From Podarcis gaigeae (Eukaryota): a stretch of DNA of 64,000 nt. The notes under the pieces were generated by a model. The model was not told the DNA's origin and searched no databases. It was given only the letters and a program-made list of their open reading frames with translations. The stretch lies in the NCBI GenBank assembly GCA_964106915.2, contig OZ066920.1. One strand, given 5' to 3'. A program made the translations under genes and the position numbers. Positions 26,135 to 38,297 of this stretch are shown piece after piece (positions within the stretch are counted from its first letter, which is position 1; the number at the start of each line of letters is the position of its first letter).

Positions 26135-26308
26135 CAGTGGTACCCTGGGTTAAGAACTTTGCTTCAGGATGAGAACAGAAATTGAGCTCCGGGGCTGCAG
26201 CGGCAGTGGGAGGCCCCATTAGCTAAAGTGGTGCTTCAGGTTAAGAACAGTTTCAGGTTAAGAACGAACCTCCGGAACGAATTACGTTCTTAACATGAGG
26301 TACCACTG
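26135..26308. mobile_element. Tc1/mariner (pogo/Tigger-like) MITE, internally deleted, inserted in an old CR1-like fragment
   Basis: TA|CAGTGGTACC...GGTACCACTG|TA; body is the reverse complement of the other family members. Confidence 0.85.
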
Positions 26309-26975
26309 TACAAGCATTACAATCTTGGTGGCAGTTTTATTTTCAGTCTATTTCCCAATAATCCCTAGCATGGAATTGGCTTTTTTCACCACTGCCTCAC
26401 AAGGCTGCCTTTGATGCTATACAAGTTGCTTGCTCTTTCTGAACAGTTATCACCAAGATCCATACCCTGAGAATAAAAGTGTGAAATTCTAGACAGGCCT
26501 TTCTTTGAAGAGTATGTGAACCAAAAGTCTCTTGACTGATAGAAAGCCTGAAACAGCACACTTCAGATAGATTCAGACACAGCTATAGAATCCAACTGCG
26601 GTACAGAATAACCAGCAATTCCCGATCTGTATCATTACTGTCTCTTTTCCTTGCTCGTGTTTCCCGCTGCTCTATACTCTCACTGCCCATCAATATCACA
26701 AGGGCAAATATATTTGGGGGGAAAGGCTGAATTGCTAGGTGAATTATCACATAGAGCCTTGGGAGAAGGATTATTCAATTTCTGTTTTTGTTTTCTACTG
26801 CCAGTATTCCAGACTGAATACACACAAACCACATGTTTTAAAAGCATATTTCCTTTCTTAGAGGTACTCTCCTTCTGATATAAAAGAGAAGTTTCCTTTG
26901 CAACCAGCCTTCATCAAATAAACACCTTAGAACATATATAGTAAAAAATCTTCCTCCCTCCCTTTGAGTATTTAC

Positions 26976-27173
26976 CTCCACTTCACAGCCGTATTCTGAG
27001 CCATCTAGAAGGATTACTTTGCACTGCATATTTTTCGGTTTTTTGACAATCTTTAGAGGAGATCTGGAAAGCTTGCTTGAGGATGATTTCTGAGAGAGCT
27101 TGTCGTCTTCAAACTGCTGGTATTCCAGTTGTTTTGCTGCTGCAGCAGCAAATTCGCGTTCTTTGTCACTGCC
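26976..27173 (-). CDS. EPB41L3: EPB41L3 coding exon 3 (GSDKEREFAAAAAKQLEYQQ...KPKNMQCKVILLDGSEYGCEVE), start of FERM domain
   Basis: tttgtag| acceptor, GAG|gtaaat donor, 198 nt in frame, 4.1B-like peptide. Confidence 0.97.
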
Positions 27174-28332
27174 CTACAAAGAGAAAATAGGGAGATTAAG
27201 TTCTAATTTCAGATTAAAAAAATGTGGCCGACTGCAGAGAGCTTTCAGAATCACAAGGTACAATCAGACATCCCTTACAGAGGACTAGTTAGAGCCACAT
27301 TTTGAAACTGCAACGTAACTGCAGTGCAGAGAAATTTCATTCAATGTTTTGAAAAGCTTTTCTAGTCAATGAAACTGCGGCTCCATTTTATAACTGCTAA
27401 TTCATAGTGTAAAGTGTTGAGAATTATCATTTCGGTATATGACATATATTAACCTTTGCAGGAGTCTTGAGTTTTATATTTCTAATAATTTAGTTTTTTC
27501 ATCATAGGTACACACACAATATTTACATTTAACAGAGAGATCAGATTTGATTTTTTTTTTAATTTCATAAAATGTATATACCACTTGATTGTATATAACA
27601 ATCAAGGTATAGATATAACAATATATAAAGATATAACAATAAAACTATCTCTAAAAAATTTGCAACCATAATTTTAAACACACAGAAGGTTAAAACTGCA
27701 GTGAAATAGACTAAATTAAAATGCCTACAAACTTTCTAAACATCTGGGCAGAGCTGATAATTCATAATGCATAAAAAGGAGTCTGAGTTTAAAAGATCCA
27801 ATGTGACATATGGCTGAATGCAATATGCCCCCTTTTAGGAAAAAAGGGGATGACAATTATAGTCCAGCCAACACAGTATGCTCTTCCCACCTGACAGTTA
27901 CATTCCAATGCCATTGCCACTTTAGTAGCAGCTAACTCTGTACACAGCTCTTCCGCAACTAGTTCAGAAGCAACATTTCAGCAGCAACTGAAATGTAGTA
28001 ATACGTTAGTTAAAGCTTAGAAATTTAATCTTATTTTCATCTGGCCATCATAAAAAAAACAAATCTGATTCAGCTCGAAATGACTTCATAGTAAGTCAGC
28101 AGCCTGCAGAACTGACATCCATCACAAATTAATCCTCCAAGTCCGTTTCCTTCATTGTAACAAGTCTCCATGAGAATGAATCAAATCTGGCCAAAAGCCT
28201 TAATCTGCTTTCAGAGCCAAAGAATTGTGTGTTGCACAATATGTGGGAAAGTGCAGGGCTTCACTGAATATACATGGTGAGAGGAATTACATTTGCTTGC
28301 GAAAACTAGTGGGTGGTGCAGAGAAAACAGAT

Positions 28333-28336
<4 letters not shown>

Positions 28337-28368
<32 letters not shown>
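28337..28368. repeat. (AC)16 microsatellite
   Basis: Direct read. Confidence 0.95.
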
Positions 28369-28369
<1 letters not shown>

Positions 28370-29256
28370 GGCTGGCAATGTTTAGTTTGAACTATAAACA
28401 GGAGCATTAGTATTTCAAAAGGGAAGGATGTGGATATCAATGTCTAGAAGTAGCTAACCAGGACAAAACTAAGCCGGGGAGAATTTATCCAGGTTAGACT
28501 GTCACAGAAGAACCTTTATAGTAATTTGTGCTGTGCACAAAAACATGCCAGGAACTATTAGAGCAGGACCCCAAACTGTCAAGATGTGTTCATGCACCTT
28601 CACAGGGAATTAAATCTCATCTTCCTAAAGAAGCCTGACATCCTGTTCATGCAGTTATCTAGGGCAAAATGACCAGGGAGACACAACTTGCATTCAGTAT
28701 TTTATTTTTTTATTTTACATGCATAACTGCACATTCTTTCATGTGTGATGAACTCTTTTTCAAAGGTTATTTGTGATGCATTTCCACAAGCAATTTGATT
28801 ATCTGGCTAATGGCACCATAAATTAACATCTAACAGGGAAGAAAAATTGTGTTAAGGCTCTTTTTGGATCAAGCTACCTTCAGTTAGACTCAGAGCAACA
28901 CTGAAATTGCTCAAATTTTCACACAGGCAGACTTCCCACTGCTTTCTTTGTGTGGGGGGGGGGGCGGATCTAAATATTTATTTCTAACCGGACTAATCTA
29001 TACATTTTGGTTAGTAACTTTGGTTCAGAGTTTGATATAATAATGTCTGATTAGCCCAACAACACCTCTTGTTGATGGAGTAAAGAATGTATGTATTATT
29101 CTAACCAAAGCCTACTATATAGTTAGTTAGAGATGGGGAACCTATTCCATACCTGCCTTCTTTTGAAGGGGGCAATGCAGCTGGTTATCCATGCACATCG
29201 CTCTTGGCTTAATGCAAATACACATGCCATGTCTCTTTAAACAAAGTTGTGAACTA

Positions 29257-29497
29257 CAGTGGTACCTCAGGTTAAGAACCTAATTCGTTCTGGAGGTCTG
29301 TTCTTAACCTGAAACTGTTCTTAACCTGAAGACCACTTCAGCTAATGGGGCCTCCTGCTGCCGCTGTGCCGCCGGAGCACGATTTCTGTTCTCATCCTGA
29401 AGCAAAGTTCTTAACCTGAGGTAATAGTTCTGGGTTAGCGGAGTCTGTAACTTGAAGTGTATATAACCTGAAGTGTATGTAACCTGAGGTACCACTG
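29257..29497. mobile_element. Tc1/mariner (pogo/Tigger-like) MITE
   Basis: TA TSD; TIR CAGTGGTACCTCAGGTTA; subterminal taacctgaag repeats. Confidence 0.9.
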
Positions 29498-30085
29498 TAT
29501 TTAATCCCAGTCATTGTTGTCTGCCTCCTTTGTTTCCTTTCCCATTATCAACATTCTAATGTGAAGCACCTTGTTTATGTCCAAAAAACAATGCTTTATT
29601 AAAGAGGGGGAAAGCCTCAGGGCTGAGTAATTTTTCAATGTTAACACAACTGAAAGTAGTTAAAATGTAGTCATTTTGTATGTACCAGGCCTTAATGGAT
29701 GTAAGCTTTTGTTAGTTTCAAACATCACTCAACCCCAAATAAAATGGGATTTCAGCAGGTGTTAAAGTGGAAATGTGTTTCCAAACTCTCCAAAATTTGC
29801 AGTTATCTAACACTGTGATGAATAGCGAAAGGTCCCCCCGCCTTTAATAATGGCAATAGGTTTTAAAAATTAAGCCCAGCATGTAAGACAATCTGACAAA
29901 AATTACAAAAATATTGTATGACTGAATTTGAGAGAGGGAAATAGTATCTAACCTCTCCCCTCCATCCCCAGTAGATCACCAATCAGTGTGCAAGAGTACT
30001 GGTTTAATCAGACTGATATCTGTGTCTAAGTAATGTTATGTGTATCTTAAGACTTTTAAAGAAATTATCCAAGTTCGGATCTTAC

Positions 30086-30156
30086 CTTTTTCACAGGAGT
30101 GCTGTGAGCTGCAACACCAGAAAATTGTTCTAATGCATTCTGGTGCTCTTCACTCA

Positions 30157-30209
<53 letters not shown>

Positions 30210-30310
30210 CCTTGGGCCCCTGTCCCACCCGATCCTTGTTGACCCGAAGCTTCTTTCTGCTCTTGATCCTGATCCTTTGATTCAGAATCTGATCCAGATT
30301 CTGTAGTCAT
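30086..30310 (-). CDS. EPB41L3: Band 4.1-like protein 3 (4.1B), first coding exon ('exon 2'), MTTESGSDSES...(Q)17...HSTPVKK
   Basis: N-terminus MTTESGSDSESK and ...ALEQF..AAHSTPV match recalled vertebrate 4.1B. Acceptor ttgtag|AATAATCAACC-ATG gives 11 nt of UTR (30311-30321). Donor AAG|gtaaga at 30085. 225 nt, phase 0. Confidence 0.97.
30158..30208 (-). repeat. Coding (CAG)4(CAACAG)6CAG repeat encoding 17 Gln
   Basis: Read directly from exon 2. Confidence 0.97.
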
Positions 30311-33300
30311 GGTTGATTATTCTACAACACAAATCAAACTATTCAGTATCATAAAAAAACCAAAAGAAGGCAAAAACTGAATTGACAAACAAGTAAGATG
30401 GTTTTAAGTGTGGGTGGCAAAGTTAAGACCATTTGTGGGTGACAGGGAGTCACACCCACCCACCTATCTCTACACACAAGGGGATTTTTTAATTAGTTGT
30501 CTTCACACCTGCTCTCCTGTCCCCTCACCACACTTAGGTGGCCTGAATTTGTTTGAATGCAGATTCTTCTTAACTCTGGTCACTGAATCCAGCTACCAGA
30601 ACTAGTCCTACTTAGGGACTTGTTTAAGATTGTAGAGGACTATAAACCATTTGTCAGATAACTAATCACCCTTTCTCCAACTCTTCCAACAGAACCCCAA
30701 GAAAATTAAACTGAAAACATCCTGTTCCTACTTGGTGGCTCAGTGCAAAATCTCTGTGCGACTCAGGGATATCACAAAAATAAGGGTCTCATTATGGCCT
30801 GGCTGTAGCACATTTTAAGCATTTAGACAATCTTAAAACTCAAGAGTAAAAGTTTTCAAATGAATAAATGAAGCATTGTCATAATTTGAATCTATCAAAA
30901 ACAAAAGTATGACTGTAACAATCTGATTTTGTTAATCAACATGTAATTTGCCTTAAATCTGGTAGCCATAATAGTTTATTTAACTGACTAACTATGCAAT
31001 TAACAGAGGGGGAAATACTCCTTTAAAAAGAAAATCAGTATTTTTGCTGGTAAGGACCTGTCCACTACCTACTGCTATGTTCGCATTGTGATGTTCTTCA
31101 CTAATCATCAAATGGGGTCACTGTAGTAATGACTCAAAATCATCACTTAGATGGCCCACCTCAAACTCTTCCCAATTAAATATATTGTATGGGGTTGCCT
31201 ATCTTCAGAAGGGTGGACTAAAAGTATAACAAATTTTAACTATGGTTTAATCATGTGATGGCTGAACCAGGCCACGGTATGAAAGTCTAGTATTACAATC
31301 TAGTAAAACAGCCCTAGTAAAAATAACAAAATCCATTCTTGCAATCCTATTGAAATTTACTATGAAATATAAGCTCACACGTGCCAATGTATCAAAAGTT
31401 ATCTATGGAAGTTACAGAGCAAATTGTACATTAAAAAGTTTATGAAAATAGGTTTGATGTATTTATTTAACAAAATTTATATATCACTTGATTGTAACAA
31501 ACGCCTCTACACACTTTACAAAAAATAAAATAAAAACATTTAAAATATAAATAATAAAACAGTAAAACAGGTTTTTTAAATGATAAAAGTGCACCGGGGG
31601 GGGGGGGTGTAGCCTAAAAATTGCAGCCTGCAAATAAACAACAAAGGAAAAGAAACTGGAAACACGGGGTGCAAATTCTCACATGAGGTTTATTGCAACA
31701 TTTCTTTTATAAGGAAACAGCAATAATAAACTTATTGACTTCACTCCATACCAAAAGCAAAAAAGAGTATTTGTGAAAGGCATTATTATAGCCAGATAGC
31801 TCTGGAAACTGAATACAAATGAACAATAAATATTTCATCAAGCAATTAAGGGGGAAAGAAGGGTTCACTAAAATGGCTCATTACAATCCTCAATAGACTC
31901 ACTTTTTTTAAAAAAAATTCAGGTCTAATCTTCTTTTCTGACCTATTTTTTTATTTTTTTTTTGGAAAAGAAGTATTTTTCTTCTGATTTCCTTGCTGAG
32001 CATTTGCTTTCTTCTTTTCCCTCTGATTGATGACTACAGTGCACTTTCTGTAAAGGCTTCACTGGGATAGTTCAGCTTATTGCCTCATCACTTTTTTGCT
32101 GGAGAAACATCATTAGTACAACCTATTGCTTCTACAGTTGCTGTGAAGTGCCTTTGCTTACAAGGGGTGCATGCACACATATTATTCACCATTTAAAAGC
32201 TTGATTAATTTAATGCTTTAAAAGACAATATGTGTTTGAGACAGAAGTTCGTCAACAATTTGTCCCAGCTATGCACAAAGTACTGTAATTCTCTGTCTTT
32301 TCTCTAATATGGAACATGTAGAAATATCATCAGTGTATGATCAAGATTTTGCCCCTGAACTAAAATGTGACCTGACAACTACATAGCTGGTAATTATAAA
32401 TCACTAACGTTTCTTAAATTTCATATTTATTATGCTTGAGTTGCTTACATCTTACTGTATCCTAGAGAAGAGCATGGCTGGCAGTAGCAATCCTCCCAGG
32501 GGACAAGGATATATAATGCATTATTTTGTGAGTTTATTAAAAGCATGCAAGATCTGCACACCTGCCTAGCCAGCACGAGGTTACCTGTATATTTCATTTT
32601 CCCCATTACTAACACAAGCCCCTGAAATGAGTCTAAGATGTCTAGAATGCCTCAATATCCTATTCTGTTTTTTCTATGTGGATCATATTGAACTGTGCTA
32701 AAACATGCAACAGGAAGCAAAATGTCTATATTTTAATAATATAGCAAATGGGACCCAAATTTTCAAGAAATATCCACATGGTTCAGTGATACAAGAATAT
32801 AAAAAAGGCAACAAGAAGCAAAAAAAACATACAATCAATGGGCAACTGCTTTTATGTGTTGTTTTTAAAGCGATATAAAATAAAAACATTCGAACACAAT
32901 TTACATTAATGGCCGTTCGGTCACTGGTGTAAATTCTGTAAAGATCTTAGGCAACACAACTAATATTTAATCAAATCAATAGTTTTTAACTATAAGAATT
33001 TAAGGATCTCACGACACCCATTTTCTGTTCATGATCATATTATGCTCATTAGTGCTGTCATATATTCAGTTTATTTTAAAATAATCAACAGTAAAATGCC
33101 AACAGAAACCAGAATGATGCGTCTTCAAGAGACTTTTTTTCCTTTGTTCTACACATTGACTACTACAGCACAAACAAAAATACCCTTACTTTATGCAAAT
33201 GGGGTTATTTAAGCATTGCATTTTAGTTTTGCTCATCTAGGTAGATATGTTTCTGTGAATGTCTCTCTATGCTCAACATCTAAATGTGAATGAGACTGCC

Positions 33301-33347
33301 TCACACTTTTAAAATGGTTATCCTAAACTTAACATATGCATACTAAT

Positions 33348-33512
33348 AGGCTCCAACTCCTAGGGGCAAGGTCCTTTTGTCGTCCCCTCCCCCATTGAAT
33401 ATTTTAGGGGGCTGCCTCCCCCCAAAGTTGTGCATTTGCCACATCTTGTGATGGATTATGTGGGGTGGGGCTTACATGCCCCTCCCCATATTGTATTCAA
33501 GTTGGAAACCCT
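33348..33512. mobile_element. Dispersed repeat (probable non-autonomous DNA transposon); second copy at ~45290-45447
   Basis: Both copies share tgtgat..attatgtggggtggggcttac.tgcccct...att.t...aag.tgg.a.ccctg. Confidence 0.55.
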
Positions 33513-36079
33513 GCTAGCAAGTAGAAAAACAGTATGTATTAAGGCAGCCTTGATATTTAACCATGACACGGGGGAGAGGTTTTTAACAATTCCCTCTACA
33601 TTGAGGGAATTTTTTTAAAAATTTATACTGGCCACAGAAACACAGTGCAAGCAGACCTTCAAAACACACATGCCCACATTAATGCATAACAACAGCTGTT
33701 TCCTATATATGATTAGTCTATGTTTTTTTGGGAATCCCTTTTTAAAAATCATTGAAACCATTTGCGAAAAATGGACATTTGAATAGAAGCCTTCATTTCA
33801 AAATTGTAAATGCCATTCTTATTAATATCAGGGCTTAAGTTTAAATTTGCAACTACTCAAACATTTTCTCCCAAAAATGAACTACGATCCCCTAAAAATG
33901 GAGTTTGTGATCCTTCTTTGTGCTAGGTGTAACATACAAACAAAGAGTAAAAGGCAAAAGTAGGGCACAAAGACAGATGTTCTGTGCCATCAAGCATCCA
34001 TCACAGTGGTTGAACAGAAGATTAAATCTTAGGTTATTTTCCACATTAAGGGGAAAAATCCTTTTGAGTTTAACCATGAGCACTAGTCTCTCTTCAAAGT
34101 CATACAGCTTGACCCTGAAAACATCTTCCAGGTGCACCTTGATCAATTGCAGATGTTTCCAAGATTGAACTAGCAGCTGCTACCACAATCAGTTTCAACT
34201 GAACACTGAGTGGAGTAAGCAAAGTAAACAAACCCTAACTTTTACTCTTAGTCATCAAAAGAACTGTTTAAAGAATTCTCTCCTCCCCCACAAATCATCC
34301 CTTTTTGTACCTACTGGGTTATCCTAATTTATGTTCCAATTTAGTACACACACTACAATATGATTCTTGATGTCTGCTTGCTTTCGTTTAAACTTTGTAA
34401 TTGTTTGGGATAAAAAATATTAAACTCTTGATAATAGACTCGTCTTCAATTCATGGGTCAGATCCTGAGTAATGATGGGTATAATAGTAGCACTACTGTC
34501 ATATGAATGCATAGATAGATAGCACTATAAATGTTAAACACTGCTAATACAAACAAAATCTAAACCATTTCCATTTTTGTCTTGACTTCAGAAGCTTGTG
34601 GTATATGAGGGGATCTCCGATGCAAGGCTAGCAGTTGCATAATTTATTAATAGGTTGAGAGTAAGTTCATGTCCATTAGACAAGCAAATTATAGTTGTAT
34701 CTATGCAATCTATTGGTCTCCACTGGAATCAAGTACATTAAAAGGAACTGCTTCTGCCAGCTTGTCACTTCTGGCAACATATGTACATGAAAATTAATAA
34801 TCACTCACGGCACAAAAGAAACAGGGTATTTCTAGAAGATAATTACATCTTTTGGGAAGTTTTTGTAAATACATGCATGAAAAGTCGAATAATGAAATGA
34901 AGACGACAGTAATTGCAGAGCAGAACCCATCAGATAGTTGTTTCTATTCTAGTAACTCACTCTTTTCATTTCTATTGGTGCCTCTTAATTAAAACACGAC
35001 GTGCAACCAATTTCTCCATTCTGAGTGCAAGAGCCACTTATACTGCTTGTCTGATCCCACAACAGAGTTTGAGTGGGATTTACAGACAAAAGTGTGGCGA
35101 TTCAAGCTGAACAACTTCGCGTACGCAGAGGTTATCTACATTGACATAAATTAACAGCAACACTATTATAGCAATTCAGCATTCTTTTTTAAACTTGGGT
35201 GGGGGGCGGTGTAAAAAAGTATTAAGCAGATAATGGCTTACAACAGTAACAAATTAGGAACATAGGAAAGCTACCAAGTCAGACCATTAGTTCATCTAGT
35301 CCAGTACCGATGACTACCTGCAGCATTTCATGTTTCGGACAGGATTGGGTAGTTTTCCACTCCACCCAAAGGTACCAGTAACCAAACCTGGAAATGTACC
35401 ACAGCTGCTTCCTAGAGGTATTGAACCAGGTATTGAACCTAGGAACTCGTGCATATAAAACAGATGTCCTTGCTCATAGATAACTACCGAGCACATAAAA
35501 ATCTTAAATCCACAGAAATTGGACAATTTCTAAGCACGTTATTTATTATTGTTGTTGTTTCAATTTATAACTCATCCTTCCTCCCGAAGGAGCCTACCTG
35601 TATGTACAAACCAAAATATTAACCTACCTGACTTGGATAATATTTGTGAAAGGCAACCCCTTTCCCACACTTCCTTCATCTGCTGTGCCGATTTGGCCAC
35701 AGTTGCTCTGCCATAATTACCGTGGGTACCTCATCTGGGCAACAACCCAGAAAATGGCTCAACACAAAGTCATGTAAAACTGTTCTAGTTAGCTGAAACA
35801 CCAGTTTCCAGACAAAAGATAGACACAAAGGATGCTCTGGTGCTTGCATGGAAGTTCACTCATGCTGTCCTAAGTAGTTATTATTCTGGATCGGCATGAT
35901 TATGAGCTCACTGGTGCTGTGGAAGAATGTTTCAGGGACGGGAGCAGGATTCCTGAGCAAACTATCATTCAAAGCCTGTATGCTAGAGTTACAGCTAGAA
36001 CAGGTTTTCCCGTAATGGTGTTTTTAACAGGATTAGGAGAAATGGAAGAAAACACAGTAATCTGAGCAAGGAAGCAAAC

Positions 36080-36080
<1 letters not shown>

Positions 36081-36126
<46 letters not shown>
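36081..36126. repeat. (AC)23 microsatellite
   Basis: Direct read. Confidence 0.95.
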
Positions 36127-36127
<1 letters not shown>

Positions 36128-37697
36128 ATCCTGACTCCACATTTTACAATTTAGCATACCATTGCTAGAAAACCTGTTTTAGCTGCAACCCTAAAGAGAG
36201 AACCAACAAGATCTGCTTATTAACTTCAATTAATTGTTTCAAGATATATGTTTTTCTAACTTTGAACATGATTAGTTGATTCCTTACTAGAAAAGGGTAG
36301 AACCTCTTTGCCACATTTTGTTTGGTCTTGGTTCATTCCGACCTTAGGAAACCCCTCTGGTGAATCCTTGTCCTGAATTTTAAGTACTTTGTGAAGTGCT
36401 TTCTTTGTCATACCAAAGACTTTACCAAAGAACACTAGCACTTAAAAAGACAGAGGTGCAAGTACCTTTTGTCCTGGCATGTTGAGGAAAGTTTCACTGG
36501 ACTTCAAAGCCAGCAGTAACTCACTTAAAACAATTGAGCCTTAACTTGAAACATGGAATTGAGTCAAGAGTTCTTGGACTTTGAGACATGGTGATATGCC
36601 TCAAAATATCATCGGGAGAGCAAAAACTGATGCTTAACAATATTTAATTTTAATTTAATGTATGCAGTCCTCCAGGCTTCTTTCTCTTGCCCTCAAGACT
36701 CTCACTAGGCCATGTCCCCTCACTGGTCCTGCTCTGCATCCTCCTTGCATTTTCTGCCTAGCTGGAACTTGTCCCGGAACTGTGATAATGTCTCTTGTTG
36801 ACCTGAGAGGAAACGGGAAAGTGGTGTTTCTGTGTTAGTTGTATCTCTGGCTTCTGCATGAATGAAATTTAGTCTACCATACAAGTAAGAGAAATATCCC
36901 TGCCCATTTTTTCCCTGGCCCCACTGAAAGTGGAATGTGGCCCCTGGTAGATCCCCATGAGGCAATGTGGCCCTCGGATTTATAACTCCCAAGTTATAAA
37001 GTTATTCAGGGCAATTGTCATTTGGACTGCTCCTCAGAGATGCAAGCATAATGAGGTTATTCACTATGGCACAATGCAAGTTATATCTTTTGGGGAGTCA
37101 TTTACTGGTGCTAGGGCGTAGTTTTGTCTTGAACAAAATACTGGTTGTAAATAAATACACACTGAATTTGGCTCTGCTGAACATACATTTAAGCTCTGAA
37201 AATCATTCATATAAACATGCTCCATAATTTCAGAAATGCCCTGGGGTTTTATAATGCTTAAGGCACATATGCTGGACATTACACTTTAGTCACACACCAC
37301 ACACATATTCTTTTTGCCTCTTGGGTCCTGCGGCAAACAGCTGTCATTAATATTCACCCCTTCTGCTAACACTTTCCTTAATCCCAGTAGGGCTTCCTAG
37401 CCTATAATTAAACTTTCCAGCTGCTGCACTGCTAGACAGAACCCAAATGGATCATTTGCTTTTAAAACATTCCCTCTTTGCTACTCCAAGGATGAATCCG
37501 AAGAAACTTTTTTCACAATGTCATGGTTCATTCTATTTCTTCCAATCTATGTCATGTACTAAGTGCTTCACATTCCCTAACATTACATTCTGACATGATA
37601 GGGCAGCATTTTCAAAAGTGCTACCTGTTTCATGTTCAGAACTACTTAGTGAGAGTTGAAAAATCTGAATGCATGGATGCAATGTTAATATCAGAGG

Positions 37698-38297
37698 AAG
37701 GGTTTTGTTCAGTTAGAGTCTGGGAAAGTTAAGCTAAGGGGTAACAATCATAGTTAGGCAACAATCATAGCTTAATGGCAATTTTAAAAACCAAAGTAGC
37801 AGAAACACAATTAAATGAGAGATGTATTATTTACATGCCATAAATGTCAAATCTTTAAAAGGAATGAATACATACACAGACATACTCTTCAAAAAATTAA
37901 GAAGGTACTAGGAAATTATTGCTATCCAATTAACGAAAATTCTGATCTTCCTTCAGACAGGGAGGTGCAGCACATACACCCCAGCAACAAAATCCTGGTT
38001 CTAGTTGTTGCTGGGGTGTATGTGCTGCACCTCCCTGTCTGAAGGAAGATCAGAATTTTCGTTAATTGGATAGCAATAATTTCCTAGTACCTTCTTAATT
38101 TTTTGAAGAGTATGTCTGTGCATGTATTCATTCCTTTTAAAGATTTGACATTTATGGCATGTAAATAATACATCTCTCATTTAATTGTGTTTCTGCTACT
38201 TTGGTTTTTAAAATTGCCATTAAGCTATGATTGTTGCCTAACTATGATTGTTACCCCTTAGCTTAACTTTCCCAGACTCTAACTGAACAAAACCCTT
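37698..38297. repeat. 600-bp near-perfect inverted repeat (arms 37698-37990 and 38005-38297, 14-nt spacer)
   Basis: Arms are reverse complements at 292/293 positions with no indel; the single mismatch is 37874 (a) versus 38121 (c). Confidence 0.97.

Noticed and set aside
29257-29497. Regularly recurring taacctgaag units suggestive of a CRISPR-like array
   Set aside because: They are subterminal repeats within a TA-flanked MITE; spacing is irregular, the context is eukaryotic and there are no cas genes.
30040-30306. Plus-strand ORF with an AVAVAV repeat
   Set aside because: Antisense shadow of the polyQ exon.
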